From the NCBI GenBank assembly GCA_964016885.1, contig CAXHJY010000001.1, positions 310,001-374,000 on the forward strand: a stretch of DNA of 64,000 nucleotides, read 5' to 3'. A program made the position numbers and the translations under genes. The notes below the pieces were generated by a model. The model saw nothing but the letters and a program-made list of their open reading frames with translations. It made no database searches and had not been told where the DNA came from. Each line of letters starts with the position of its first letter. The stretch's first letter is position 1. The DNA is from Eledone cirrhosa (Eukaryota). This document shows, in pieces, positions 41,301 to 59,300 of the stretch.

Positions 41301-44300
41301 GACACTGTAGACACAGACACTGTAGATACACAGACACTGTAGACACACAGACACTGTAGACACAGACACTGTAGACACAGAAACTGTAGACACACAGACA
41401 CTGTAGACACACAGACACTGTAGACACACAGACACTGTAGACACACAGACATTGTAGACACACAGACACTGTAGACACAGACACTGTAGACACACAGACA
41501 TTGTAGGCACACAGACACTGTAGACACACAGACACTGTAGACATACAGACACTGTAGACACAGACATTGTAGACACACAGACACTGTAGACACAGACACT
41601 GTAGACACGGACACTGTTGACACAGACATTGTAGACACACAGACACTGTAAACACACAGACACTGTAGACACAGACACTGTAGACACACAGACATTGTAG
41701 ACACAGGCACTGTAGACACACAGACACTGTAGACACACAGTCACTGTTGATACAGTCATTTTAGACACAGAGACACTGTAGACATAGACATTGTAGACAC
41801 ACAGACACTGTAGACACAGACACTGTAGACACAGAAATTGTAGACACACAGACATTGTAGAAACTGTAGACACACATTGTAGACACACAGACACTGTAGA
41901 CACACAGTCACTGTAGACACACAGACACTGTAGACACACAGACACTGTAGACACACAGACACTGTAGACACACAGACACTGTAGACACACAGACACTGTA
42001 GACACACAGACACTGTAGACACACAGACACTGTAGACACAGACACTGTAGACACACAGACATTATAGACACACAGACACTGTAGACACAGAAACTGTAGA
42101 CACACAGACACTGTAGACACACAGACACTGTAGACACACAGACATTGTAGACACACAGACATTGTAGACACACAGACACTGTAGACACACAGACACTGTA
42201 GACACACAGACACTGTAGACACACAGACACTGTAGACACACAGACACTGTAGACACACAGACACTGTAGACACACAGACACTGTAGACACACAGACATTG
42301 TAGACACACAGACACTGTAGACACACAGACACTGTAGACACACAGACATTGTAGACACACAGACATTGTAGACACACAGACACTGTAGACACACAGACAC
42401 TGTAGATACACAGACATTGTAGGCACACAGACACTGTAGACACACAGACACTGTAGACACACAGACACTGTAGAAACACAGACACTGTAGAAACACAGAC
42501 ACTGTAGGCACACAGACACTGTAGACACACAGACACTGTAGACACACAGACATTGTAGACACACAGACACTGTAGACACACAGACACTGTAGACACACAG
42601 ACACTCTAGACACAGACACTGTAGACACACAGACATTGTAGACACAGGCACTGTAGACACAGGCATTGTAGACACAGAGACACTGTAGACACACAGACAT
42701 TGTAGACACACAGACACTGTAGACACACAGACATTGTAGACACACAGACACTGTAGACACACAGACACTGTAGACACACAGACATTGTAGACACACAGAC
42801 ATTGTAGACACACAGACACTGTAGACACAGACACTGTAGACACAGACACTGTAGACACACAGACACTGTAGACACAGACACTGTAGACACACAGACACTG
42901 TAGACACACAGACACTCTAGACACAGACACACAGACATTGTAGACACAGGCACTGTAGACACAGGCATTGTAGACACAGAGACACTGTAGACACACAGAC
43001 ATTGTAGACACACAGACATTGTAGACACACAGACACTGTAGACACACAGTCACTGTAGACACAGAAACTGTGGACACACAGACACTTTAGACACAGACAC
43101 TGTAGACACACAGACACTGTAGACACACAGACATTGTAGACACAGACACTGTAGACACACAGACACTGTAGATACAGACACTGTAGACACACAGACATTG
43201 TAGACACACAGACACACAGACATTGTAGACACACAGACACTGTAGACACACAGAGACTGTAGACACAGACACTGTAGACACACATACACTGTAGACACAC
43301 AGACACTGTAGACACACAGACACTGTAGACACACAGACACTGTAGACAAACAGACACTGTAGACACAGACACTGTAGACACACAGACATTGTAGACACAG
43401 ACACTGTAGACACACACAGACATTGTAGACACAGACACTGTAGACACACAGACACTGTAGACACACAGACATTGTAGACACACAGACACTGTAGACACAC
43501 AGACATTGTAGAGACACAGACACTGTAGACACACAGACACTGTAGACACACAGACACTGTAGACACACAAACACTGTAGAGACACAGACAATGTAGAGAC
43601 ACAGACAATGTAGAGACACAGACAATGTAGAGACACAGACAATGTAGACACACAGACACTGTAGACACACTGACACTGTAGACACACTGACACTGTAGAC
43701 ACACTGACACTGTAGACACACAGACACTGTAGACACACAGACACTGTAGACACACAGACACTGTAGACACACAGACACTGTAGACACACAGACACTGTAG
43801 ACACACAGACATTGTAGACACACAGACACTGTAGACACACAGACACTGTAGACACACAGACACTGTAGACACACAGACACTGTAGACACAGACATTGTAG
43901 ACACACAGACATTGTAGACACACAGACATTGTAGACACACAGACACTGTAGACACACAGACACTGTAGACACACAGACACTGTAGACACACAGACATTGT
44001 AGGCACACAGACACTGTAGACACACAGACATTGTAGGCACACAGACACTGTAGACACACAGACACTGTAGACACACAGACACTGTAGACACACAGACACT
44101 GTAGACACAGACACTGTAGACACACAGACATTGTAGACACACAGACACTGTAGACACAGAAACTGTAGACACACAGACATTGTAGACACACAGACACTGT
44201 AGACACACAGACATTGTAGACACACAGACATTGTAGACACACAGACACTGTAGACACACAGACATTGTAGGCACACAGACACTGTAGACACACAGACACT

Positions 44301-47300
44301 GTAGACACACAGACACTGTAGACACACAGACACTGTAGACACACAGACACTGTAGACACAAACACTGTAGACACAGACACTGTAGACACACAGACACTGT
44401 AGACACAGACACTGTAGACACAGACACTGTAGACACAGACACTGTAGACACACAGACACTGTAGACACACAGACAATGTAGACACACAGACATTGTAGAC
44501 ACACAGACATTGTAGACACACAGACACTGTAGACACACAGACATTGTAGACACACAGACACTGTAGACACACAGACATTGTAGACACACAGACATTGTAG
44601 ACACACAGACATTGTAGACACACAGACACTGTAAACACACAGACACTGTAGACAAACAGACATTGTAGACACAGGCACTGTAGACACACAGACACTGTAG
44701 ACACACAGTCACTGTAGATACAGTCATTTTAGACACAGAGACACTGTAGACACAGACATTGCAGACACTGTAGACACAGACACTGTAGACACAGACATTG
44801 TAGACACACAGACATTGTAGACACTGTAGACACACAGACACTGTAGACACACAGTCACTGTAGACACACAGTCACTGTAGACACACAGACGCTGTAGACA
44901 CACAGACACTGTAGACACACAGACACTGTAGACACACAGACACTGTAGACACACAGACACTGTAGACACACAGACACTGTAGACACAGACACTGTAGACA
45001 CACAGACATTGTAGACACAAAGACACTGTAGACACAGAAACTGTAGACACACAGACACTGTAGACACACAGACACTGTAGACACACAGACATTGTAGACA
45101 CACAGACACTGTAGACACACAGACACTGTAGACACACAGACACTGTAGATACACAGACACTGTAGACACACAGACACTGTAGACACAGACACTGTAGACA
45201 CAGACACTGTAGACACAGAAACTGTAGACACACAGACACTGTAGACACACAGACACTGTAGACACACAGACATTGTAGACACACAGACACTGTAGACACA
45301 GACACTGTAGACACACAGACATTGTAGGCACACAGACACTGTAGACACACAGACACTGTAGACATACAGACACTGTAGACACAGACATTGTAGACACACA
45401 GACACTGTAGACACAGACACTGTAGACACGGACACTGTTGACACAGACATTGTAGACACACAGACACTGTAAACACACAGACACTGTAGACACACAGACA
45501 TTGTAGACACAGGCACTGTAGATACACAGACACTGTAGACACACAGTCACTGTAGATACAGTCATTTTAGACACAGAGACACTGTAGACACAGACATTGT
45601 AGACACACAGACACTGTAGACACAGACACTGTAGACACAGAAATTGTAGAAACACAGACATTGTAGACACTGTAGACACACATTGTAGACACACAGACAC
45701 TGTAGACACACAGTCACTGTAGACACACAGACATTGTAGACACACAGACACTGTAGACACACAAACACTGTAGACACAGACAATGTAGAGACACAGACAA
45801 TGTAGAGAGACACAGACAATGTAGACACACAGACAATGTAGACACACAGACACTGTAGACACACAGACACTGTAGACACACAGACACTGTAGACACTGTA
45901 GACACACAGACACTGTAGACACAGACACTGTAGACACACAGACATTATAGACACACAGACACTGTAGACACAGAAACTGTAGACACGGACACTGTTGACA
46001 CGGACATTGTAGACACACAGACACTGTAAACACACAGACACTGTAGACACAGACACTGTAGACACACAGACACTGTAGACACACAGACACTGTAGACACA
46101 CAGACATTGTAGACACACAGACATTGTAGACACACAGACACTGTAGATACACAGACACTGTAGACACAGAGACACTGTAGACACACAGACACTGTAGACA
46201 CACAGACACTGTAGACACACAGACACTGTAGACACACAGACACTGTAGAAACACAGACACTGTAGAAACACAGACACTGTAGAAACACAGACACTGTAGA
46301 CACACAGACACTGTAGACACACAGACATTGTAGACACACAGACATTGTAGACACACAGACACTGTAGACACACAGACACTGTAGACACACAGACACTCTA
46401 GACACAGACACTGTAGACACACAGACATTGTAGACACAGGCACTGTAGACACAGGCATTGTAGACACAGAGACACTGTAGACACATAGACATTGTAGACA
46501 CATAGACATTGTAGACACACAGACACTGTAGACACACAGTCACTGTAGACACAGTAATTTTAGACACACAGACACTGTAGACACACAGATATTGTAGACA
46601 CACAGAAACTGTAGACACAGACATTTTAGACACACAGACACTGTAGACACACAGTCACTGTAGACACACAGACATTGTAGACACAGAAACTGTGGACACA
46701 CAGACACTTTAGACGCAGACACTGTAGACACACAGACACTGTAGACACACAGACATTGTAGACACAGACACTGTAGACACACAGACACTGTAGATACAGA
46801 CACTGTAGACACACAGACATTGTAGACACACAGACACACAGACATTGTAGACACACAGACACTGTAGACACACAGACACTGTAGACACAGACACTGTAGA
46901 CACACATACACTGTAGACACACAGACACTGTAGACACACAGACACTGTAGACACACAGACACTGTAGACACACAGACACTGTAGACACACAGACACTGTA
47001 GACACACAGACACTGTAGACACACAGACACTGTAGACACACAGACACTGTAGACACACAGACACTGTAGACACACAGACACTGTAGACACAGACACTGTA
47101 GACACACAGACATTGTAGACACAAAGACACTGTAGACACAGAAACTGTAGACACACAGACACTGTAGACACACAGACACTGTAGACACACAGACACTGTA
47201 GACACACAGACACTGTAGACACACAGACATTGTAGACACACAGACACTGTAGACACACGGACACTGTAGACACAGACACTGTAGATACACAGACACTGTA

Positions 47301-50300
47301 GACACACAGACACTGTAGACACAGACACTGTAGACACAGAAACTGTAGACACACAGACACTGTAGACACACAGACACTGTAGACACACAGACACTGTAGA
47401 CACACAGACATTGTAGACACACAGACACTGTAGACACAGACACTGTAGACACACAGACATTGTAGGCACACAGACACTGTAGACACACAGACACTGTAGA
47501 CATACAGACACTGTAGACACAGACATTGTAGACACACAGACACTGTAGACACAGACACTGTAGACACGGACACTGTTGACACAGACATTGTAGACACACA
47601 GACACTGTAAACACACAGACACTGTAGACACAGACACTGTAGACACACAGACATTGTAGACACAGGCACTGTAGACACACAGACACTGTAGACACACAGT
47701 CACTGTTGATACAGTCATTTTAGACACAGAGACACTGTAGACATAGACATTGTAGACACACAGACACTGTAGACACAGACACTGTAGACACAGAAATTGT
47801 AGACACACAGACATTGTAGAAACTGTAGACACACATTGTAGACACACAGACACTGTAGACACACAGTCACTGTAGACACACAGACACTGTAGACACACAG
47901 ACACTGTAGACACACAGACACTGTAGACACACAGACACTGTAGACACACAGACACTGTAGACACACAGACACTGTAGACACACAGACACTGTAGACACAC
48001 AGACACTGTAGACACAGACACTGTAGACACACAGACATTATAGACACACAGACACTGTAGACACAGAAACTGTAGACACACAGACACTGTAGACACACAG
48101 ACACTGTAGACACACAGACATTGTAGACACACAGACATTGTAGACACACAGACACTGTAGACACACAGACACTGTAGACACACAGACACTGTAGACACAC
48201 AGACACTGTAGACACACAGACACTGTAGACACACAGACACTGTAGACACACAGACACTGTAGACACACAGACATTGTAGACACACAGACACTGTAGACAC
48301 ACAGACACTGTAGACACACAGACATTGTAGACACACAGACATTGTAGACACACAGACACTGTAGACACACAGACACTGTAGATACACAGACATTGTAGGC
48401 ACACAGACACTGTAGACACACAGACACTGTAGACACACAGACACTGTAGAAACACAGACACTGTAGAAACACAGACACTGTAGGCACACAGACACTGTAG
48501 ACACACAGACACTGTAGACACACAGACATTGTAGACACACAGACACTGTAGACACACAGACACTGTAGACACACAGACACTCTAGACACAGACACTGTAG
48601 ACACACAGACATTGTAGACACAGGCACTGTAGACACAGGCATTGTAGACACAGAGACACTGTAGACACACAGACATTGTAGACACACAGACACTGTAGAC
48701 ACACAGTCACTGTAGACACAGTAATTTTAGACACACAGACACTGTAGACACACAGATATTGTAGACACACAGAAACTGTAGACACAGACATTTTAGACAC
48801 ACAGACACTGTAGACACACAGTCACTGTAGACACACAGACATTGTAGACACAGAAACTGTGGACACACAGACACTTTAGACACAGACACTGTAGACACAC
48901 AGACACTGTAGACACACAGACACTGTAGACACACAGACATTGTAGACACACAGACATTGTAGACACACAGACACTGTAGACACACAGACACTGTAGACAC
49001 ACAGACACTGTAGATACACAGACATTGTAGGCACACAGACACTGTAGACACACAGACACTGTAGACACACAGACACTGTAGAAACACAGACACTGTAGAA
49101 ACACAGACACTGTAGACACACAGACACTGTAGACACACAGACACTGTAGAAACACAGACACTGTAGAAACACAGACACTGTAGACACACAGACACTGTAG
49201 GCACACAGACACTGTAGACACACAGACACTGTAGACACACAGACATTGTAGACACACAGACATTGTAGACACACAGACACTGTAGACACACAGACACTGT
49301 AGACACACAGACACTCTAGACACAGACACTGTAGACACACAGACATTGTAGACACAGGCACTGTAGACACAGGCATTATAGACACAGAGACACTGTAGAC
49401 ACACAGACATTGTAGATACACAGACACTGTAGACACACAGTCACTGTAGACACAGTAATTTTAGACACACAGACACTGTAGACACACAGATATTGTAGAC
49501 ACACAGAAACTGTAGACACAGACATTTTAGACACACAGACACTGTAGACACACAGTCACTGTAGACACACAGACATTGTAGACACAGAAACTGTGGACAC
49601 ACAGACACTTTAGACACAGACACTGTAGATACAGACACTGTAGACACACAGACATTGTAGACACACAGACACACAGACGTTGTAGACACACAGACACTGT
49701 AGACACACAGACACTGTAGACACAGACACTGTAGACACACACACACTGTAGACACACAGACACTGTAGACACACAGACACACAGACACTGTAGACACACA
49801 GACACTGTAGACACAGACACTGTAGACACACAGACATTGTAGACACAGACACTGTAGACACACACAGACATTGTAGACACAGACACTGTAGACACACAGA
49901 CATTGTAGACACACAGACACTGTAGACACACAGACACACAGACACTGTAGACACACAGACACTGTAGACACAGACACTGTAGACACACAGACATTGTAGG
50001 CACACAGACACTGTAGACACACAGACACTGTAGACACACAGACACTGTAGACACACAGACACTGTAGACACAGACACTGTAGACACACAGACATTGTAGA
50101 CACACAGACACTGTAGACACAGAAACTGTAGACACACAGACATTGTAGACACACAGACACTGTAGACACACAGACATTGTAGACACGCAGACATTGTAGA
50201 CACACAGACACTGTAGACACACAGACATTGTAGGCACACAGACACTGTAGACACACAGACACTGTAGACACACAGACACTGTAGACACACAGACACTGTA

Positions 50301-53300
50301 GACACACAGACACTGTAGACACAAACACTGTAGACACAGACACTGTAGACACACAGACACTGTAGACACAGACACTGTAGACACAGACACTGTAGACACA
50401 GACACTGTAGACACACAGACACTGTAGACACACAGACAATGTAGACACACAGACATTGTAGACACACAGACATTGTAGACACACAGACACTGTAGACACA
50501 CAGACATTGTAGACACACAGACACTGTAGACACACAGACATTGTAGACACACAGACATTGTAGACACACAGACATTGTAGACACACAGACACTGTAAACA
50601 CACAGACACTGTAGACAAACAGACATTGTAGACACAGGCACTGTAGACACACAGACACTGTAGACACACAGTCACTGTAGATACAGTCATTTTAGACACA
50701 GAGACACTGTAGACACAGACATTGCAGACACTGTAGACACAGACACTGTAGACACAGACATTGTAGACACACAGACATTGTAGACACTGTAGACACACAG
50801 ACACTGTAGACACACAGTCACTGTAGACACACAGTCACTGTAGACACACAGACGCTGTAGACACACAGACACTGTAGACACACAGACACTGTAGACACAC
50901 AGACACTGTAGACACACAGACACTGTAGACACACAGACACTGTAGACACAGACACTGTAGACACACAGACATTGTAGACACAAAGACACTGTAGACACAG
51001 AAACTGTAGACACACAGACACTGTAGACACACAGACACTGTAGACACACAGACATTGTAGACACACAGACACTGTAGACACACAGACACTGTAGACACAC
51101 AGACACTGTAGATACACAGACACTGTAGACACACAGACACTGTAGACACAGACACTGTAGACACAGACACTGTAGACACAGAAACTGTAGACACACAGAC
51201 ACTGTAGACACACAGACACTGTAGACACACAGACATTGTAGACACACAGACACTGTAGACACAGACACTGTAGACACACAGACATTGTAGGCACACAGAC
51301 ACTGTAGACACACAGACACTGTAGACATACAGACACTGTAGACACAGACATTGTAGACACACAGACACTGTAGACACGGACACTGTTGACACAGACATTG
51401 TAGACACACAGACACTGTAAACACACAGACACTGTAGACACACAGACATTGTAGACACAGGCACTGTAGATACACAGACACTGTAGACACACAGTCACTG
51501 TAGATACAGTCATTTTAGACACAGAGACACTGTAGACACAGACATTGTAGACACACAGACACTGTAGACACAGACACTGTAGACACAGAAATTGTAGACA
51601 CACAGACATTGTAGACACTGTAGACACACATTGTAGACACACAGACACTGTAGACACACAGTCACTGTAGACACACAGACATTGTAGACACACAGACACT
51701 GTAGACACACAAACACTGTAGACACAGACAATGTAGAGACACAGACAATGTAGAGAGACACAGACAATGTAGACACACAGACAATGTAGACACACAGACA
51801 CTGTAGACACACAGACACTGTAGACACACAGACACTGTAGACACACAGACACTGTAGACACACAGACACTGTAGACACAGACACTGTAGACACACAGACA
51901 TTATAGACACACAGACACTGTAGACACAGAAACTGTAGACACGGACACTGTTGACACAGACATTGTAGACACACAGACACTGTAAACACACAGACACTGT
52001 AGACACAGACACTGTAGACACACAGACACTGTAGACACACAGACACTGTAGACACACAGACATTGTAGACACACAGACATTGTAGACACACAGACACTGT
52101 AGATACACAGACACTGTAGACACAGAGACACTGTAGACACACAGACACTGTAGACACACAGACACTGTAGACACACAGACACTGTAGACACACAGACACT
52201 GTAGAAACACAGACACTGTAGAAACACAGACACTGTAGGCACACAGACACTGTAGACACACAGACACTGTAGACACACAGACATTGTAGACACACAGACA
52301 TTGTAGACACACAGACACTGTAGACACACAGACACTGTAGACACACAGACACTCTAGACACAGACACTGTAGACACACAGACATTGTAGACACAGGCACT
52401 GTAGACACAGGCATTGTAGACACAGAGACACTGTAGACACATAGACATTGTAGACACATAGACATTGTAGACACACAGACACTGTAGACACACAGTCACT
52501 GTAGACACAGTAATTTTAGACACACAGACACTGTAGACACACAGATATTGTAGACACACAGAAACTGTAGACACAGACATTTTAGACACACAGACACTGT
52601 AGACACACAGTCACTGTAGACACACAGACATTGTAGACACAGAAACTGTGGACACACAGACACTTTAGACGCAGACACTGTAGACACACAGACACTGTAG
52701 ACACACAGACATTGTAGACACAGACACTGTAGACACACAGACACTGTAGATACAGACACTGTAGACACACAGACATTGTAGACACACAGACACACAGACA
52801 TTGTAGACACACAGACACTGTAGACACACAGACACTGTAGACACAGACACTGTAGACACACATACACTGTAGACACACAGACACTGTAGACACACAGACA
52901 CTGTAGACACACAGACACTGTAGACACACAGACACTGTAGACACACAGACACTGTAGACACACAGACACTGTAGACACACAGACACTGTAGACACACAGA
53001 CACTGTAGACACACAGACACTGTAGACACAGACACTGTAGACACACAGACATTGTAGACACAGAAACTGTAGACACACAGACACTGTAGACACACAGACA
53101 CTGTAGACACACAGACACTGTAGACACACAGACACTGTAGACACACAGACACTGTAGACACACAGACATTGTAGACACACAGACACTGTAGACACACGGA
53201 CACTGTAGACACAGACACTGTAGATACACAGACACTGTAGACACACAGACACTGTAGACACAGACACTGTAGACACAGAAACTGTAGACACACAGACACT

Positions 53301-56300
53301 GTACACACACAGACACTGTAGACACACAGACACTGTAGACACACAGACATTGTAGACACACAGACACTGTAGACACAGACACTGTAGACACACAGACATT
53401 GTAGGCACACAGACACTGTAGACACACAGACACTGTAGACATACAGACACTGTAGACACAGACATTGTAGACACACAGACACTGTAGACACAGACACTGT
53501 AGACACGGACACTGTTGACACAGACATTGTAGACACACAGACACTGTAAACACACAGACACTGTAGACACAGACACTGTAGACACACAGACATTGTAGAC
53601 ACAGGCACTGTAGACACACAGACACTGTAGACACACAGTCACTGTTGATACAGTCATTTTAGACACAGAGACACTGTAGACACAGACATTGTAGACACAC
53701 AGACACTGTAGACACAGACACTGTAGACACAGAAATTGTAGACACACAGACATTGTAGAAACTGTAGACACACATTGTAGACACACAGACACTGTAGACA
53801 CACAGTCACTGTAGACACACAGACACTGTAGACACACAGACACTGTAGACACACAGACACTGTAGACACACAGACACTGTAGACACACAGACACTGTAGA
53901 CACACAGACACTGTAGACACACAGACACTGTAGACACACAGACACTGTAGACACAGACACTGTAGACACACAGACATTATAGACACACAGACACTGTAGA
54001 CACAGAAACTGTAGACACACAGACACTGTAGACACACAGACACTGTAGACACACAGACATTGTAGACACACAGACATTGTAGACACACAGACACTGTAGA
54101 CACACAGACACTGTAGACACACAGACACTGTAGACACACAGACACTGTAGACACACAGACACTGTAGACACACAGACACTGTAGACACACAGACACTGTA
54201 GACACACAGACATTGTAGACACACAGACACTGTAGACACACAGACACTGTAGACACACAGACATTGTAGACACACAGACATTGTAGACACACAGACACTG
54301 TAGACACACAGACACTGTAGATACACAGACATTGTAGGCACACAGACACTGTAGACACACAGACACTGTAGACACACAGACACTGTAGAAACACAGACAC
54401 TGTAGAAACACAGACACTGTAGGCACACAGACACTGTAGACACACAGACACTGTAGACACACAGACATTGTAGACACACAGACACTGTAGACACACAGAC
54501 ACTGTAGACACACAGACACTCTAGACACAGACACTGTAGACACACAGACATTGTAGACACAGGCACTGTAGACACAGGCATTGTAGACACAGAGACACTG
54601 TAGACACACAGACATTGTAGACACACAGACACTGTAGACACACAGTCACTGTAGACACAGTAATTTTAGACACACAGACACTGTAGACACACAGATATTG
54701 TAGACACACAGAAACTGTAGACACAGACATTTTAGACACACAGTCACTGTAGACACACAGACATTGTAGACACAGAAACTGTGGACACACAGACACTTTA
54801 GACACAGACACTGTAGACACACAGACACTGTAGACACACAGACACTGTAGACACACAGACATTGTAGACACAGACACTGTAGACACACATACACTGTAGA
54901 CACACAGACATTGTAGACACACAGACACTGTAGACACACAGACACTGTAGACACACAGACATTGTAGACACACAGACATTGTAGACACACAGACACTGTA
55001 GACACACAGACACTGTAGACACACAGACACTCTAGACACAGACACTGTAGACACACAGACATTGTAGACACAGGCACTGTAGACACAGGCATTGTAGACA
55101 CAGAGACACTGTAGACACACAGACATTGTAGACACACAGACACTGTAGACACACAGTCACTGTAGACACAGTAATTTTAGACACACAGACACTGTAGACA
55201 CACAGATATTGTAGACACACAGAAACTGTAGACACAGACGTTTTAGACACACAGACACTGTAGACACACAGTCACTGTAGACACACAGACATTGTAGACA
55301 CAGAAACTGTGGACACACAGACACTGTAGACACACAGACACTGTAGACACACAGACATTGTAGACACACAGACACTGTAGACACACAGACACTGTTGACA
55401 CACAGACATTGTAGACACACAGACATTGTAGACACACAGACACTGTAGACACACAGACACTGTAGACACACAGACACTGTAGATACACAGACATTGTAGG
55501 CACACAGACACTGTAGACACACAGACACTGTAGACACACAGACACTGTAGAAACACAGACACTGTAGAAACACAGACACTGTAGACACACAGACACTGTA
55601 GGCACACAGACACTGTAGACACACAGACACTGTAGACACACAGACATTGTAGACACACAGACATTGTAGACACACAGACACTGTAGACACACAGACACTG
55701 TAGACACACAGACACTCTAGACACAGACACTGTAGACACACAGACATTGTAGACACAGGCACTGTAGACACAGGCATTGTAGACACAGAGACACTGTAGA
55801 CACACAGACATTGTAGATACACAGACACTGTAGACACACAGTCACTGTAGACACAGTAATTTTAGACACACAGACACTGTAGACACACAGATATTGTAGA
55901 CACACAGAAACTGTAGACACAGACATTTTAGACACACAGACACTGTAGACACACAGTCACTGTAGACACACAGACATTGTAGACACAGAAACTGTGGACA
56001 CACAGACACTTTAGACACAGACACTGTAGATACAGACACTGTAGACACACAGACATTGTAGACACACAGACACACAGACGTTGTAGACACACAGACACTG
56101 TAGACACACAGACACTGTAGACACAGACACTGTAGACACACATACACTGTAGACACACAGACACTGTAGACACACAGACACACAGACACTGTAGACACAC
56201 AGACACTGTAGACACAGACACTGTAGACACACAGACATTGTAGACACAGACACTGTAGACACACACAGACATTGTAGACACAGACACTGTAGACACACAG

Positions 56301-59300
56301 ACATTGTAGACACACAGACACTGTAGACACACAGACACACAGACACTGTAGACACACAGACACTGTAGACACAGACACTGTAGACACACAGACATTGTAG
56401 ACACAGACACTGTAGACACACACAGACATTGTAGACACACAGACATTGTAGACACACAGACACTGTAGACACACAGACATTGTAGACACACAGACACTGT
56501 AGACGCACAGACATTGTAGACACACAGACACTGTAGACACACAGACACTGTAGACACACAAACACTGTAGACACACAGACAATGTAGAGACACAGACAAT
56601 GTAGAGACACAGACAATGTAGACACACAGACACTGTAGACACACAGACACTGTAGACACACAGACATTGTAGGCACACAGACACTGTAGACACACAGACA
56701 CTGTAGACACACAGACATTGTAGGCACACAGACACTGTAGACACACAGACACTGTAGACACACAGACACTGTAGACACACAGACACTGTAGACACACAGA
56801 CACTGTAGACACACAGACACTGTAGACACACAGACATTGTAGACACACAGACACTGTAGACACAGAAACTGTAGACACACAGACACTGTAGACACACAGA
56901 CATTGTAGACACACAGACATTGTAGACACACAGACACTGTAGACACACAGACATTGTAGACACACAGACATTGTAGACACACAGACACTGTAGACACACA
57001 GACATTGTAGACACACAGACACTGTAAACACACAGACACTGTAGACACAGACACTGTAGACACACAGACATTGTAGACACAGGCACTGTAGACACAGGTA
57101 CTGTAGACACACAGACACTGTAGACACACAGTCACTGTAGATACAGTCATTTTAGACACAGAGACACTGTAGACACACAGACACTGTAGACACAGACACT
57201 GTAGACACAGACACTGTAGACACAGACATTGTAGACACACAGACATTGTAGACACTGTAGACACACATTGTAGACACACAGACACTGTAGACACACAGAC
57301 ACTGTAGACACACAGACACTGTAGACACACAGACACTGTAGACACACAGACACTGTAGACACACAGACATTGTAGACACACAGACACTGTAGACACAGAA
57401 ACTGTAGACACACAGACACTGTAGACACACAGACATTGTAGACACACAGAAATTGTAGACACACAGAAATTGTAGACACACAGACACTGTAGACACACAG
57501 ACACTGTAGACACACAGACACTGTAGACACACAGACACTGTAGACACAGACACTGTAGACACAGAAACTGTAGACACACAGACACTGTAGACACACAGAC
57601 ACTGTAGACACACAGACACTGTAGACACACAGACACTGTAGACACACAGACACTGTAGACACAGACACTGTAGACACACAGACATTGTAGGCACACACAC
57701 ACTGTAGACACACAAACACTGTAGACACACAGACACTGTAGACATACAGACACTGTAGACACAGACATTGTAGACACACAGACACTGTAGACATACAGAC
57801 ACTGTAGACACAGACATTGTAGACACACAGACACTGTAGACACAGACACTGTAGACACGGACACTGTTGACACAGACATTGTAGACACACAGACAATGTA
57901 GATACACAGACACTGTAGACACACAGACACTGTAGACACACAGACGTAGACACACAGACGCTGTAGACACATACATTGTAGACACACAGACACTGTAGAC
58001 ACACAGACACTGTAGACACACAAACACTGTAGACAGACAGACAGTGTAGACACACAGACACTGTAGACACAGACACTGTAGACACATATTGTAGACACAC
58101 AGACACTGTAGACACACAGTCACTGTAGACACAGACACTGTAGACACACAGACACTGTAGACAGACACACGGACACTGTAGACACAGACATTGTAGACAC
58201 AGACACTGTAGACACACAGACATTGTAGACTCAGACACTGTAGACACAGACAATGTAGACACACAGACACTGTAGACTCAGACACTGTAGACACAGACAC
58301 TGTAGACACACAGACACTGTAGACTCAGGCATTGTAGGCACAGACACTGTAGACACACATACATTGTAGACTCAGACACTGTAGACACAGACACACAGAC
58401 ACTGTAGACACAGGCATTGTAGACACACACACTGTAGACACAGACACACGGACACTGTAGACACACAGACATTGTAGACTCAGACACTGTAGACACAGAC
58501 ACTGTAGACACAGGCACTGTAGACTCAGACACTGTAGACACAGACACTGTAGACACAGACACTCAGACACTGTAGACTCAGATACTGTAGACACAGGCAT
58601 TGTAGACACACAGACATTGTAGACTCAAACACTGTAGACACAGACACTGTAGACACAGTAGACACAGACACTGTAGACACAGGCATTGTAGACACAGACA
58701 CTGTAGACACACAGACACTATAGACACACAGACACTGTAGACACACAGACACTGTAGACACACAGACATTGTAGACACACAGACATTGTAGACACACAGA
58801 CATTGTAGACACACAGACATTGAAGACACACAGACACTGTAGACACACAGACACTGTAGACACAGACACTGTAGACACACAGACACTGTAGACACAGACA
58901 CTGTAGACACACAGACACTGTAGACACACAGACATTGTAGACACAGGCACTGTAGACACACAGTCACTGTATACACAGACATTTTAGACACACAGACACT
59001 GTAGACACAGACATTGTAGACACACAGACACTGTAGACACAGGCATTGTAGACACACAGACACTGTAGACACACAGACACTGTAGACACACAGACACTGT
59101 AGACACACACAGACATTGTAGACACACAGACATTGTAGACACACAGACACTGTAGACACACAGACATTGTAGACACACAGACACTGTAGACACACAGTCA
59201 CTGTAGACACAGACATTTTAGACACACAGACACTGTAGACACAGACATTGTAGACACACAGACACTGTAGACACACAGACATTATAGACACACAGACACT

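Noticed and set aside
57095-57103. Single CAG|GTAC as a recursive splice site in the giant intron
   Set aside because: It is a one-base variant of the CAGGCAC monomer with no polypyrimidine tract, expected by chance.
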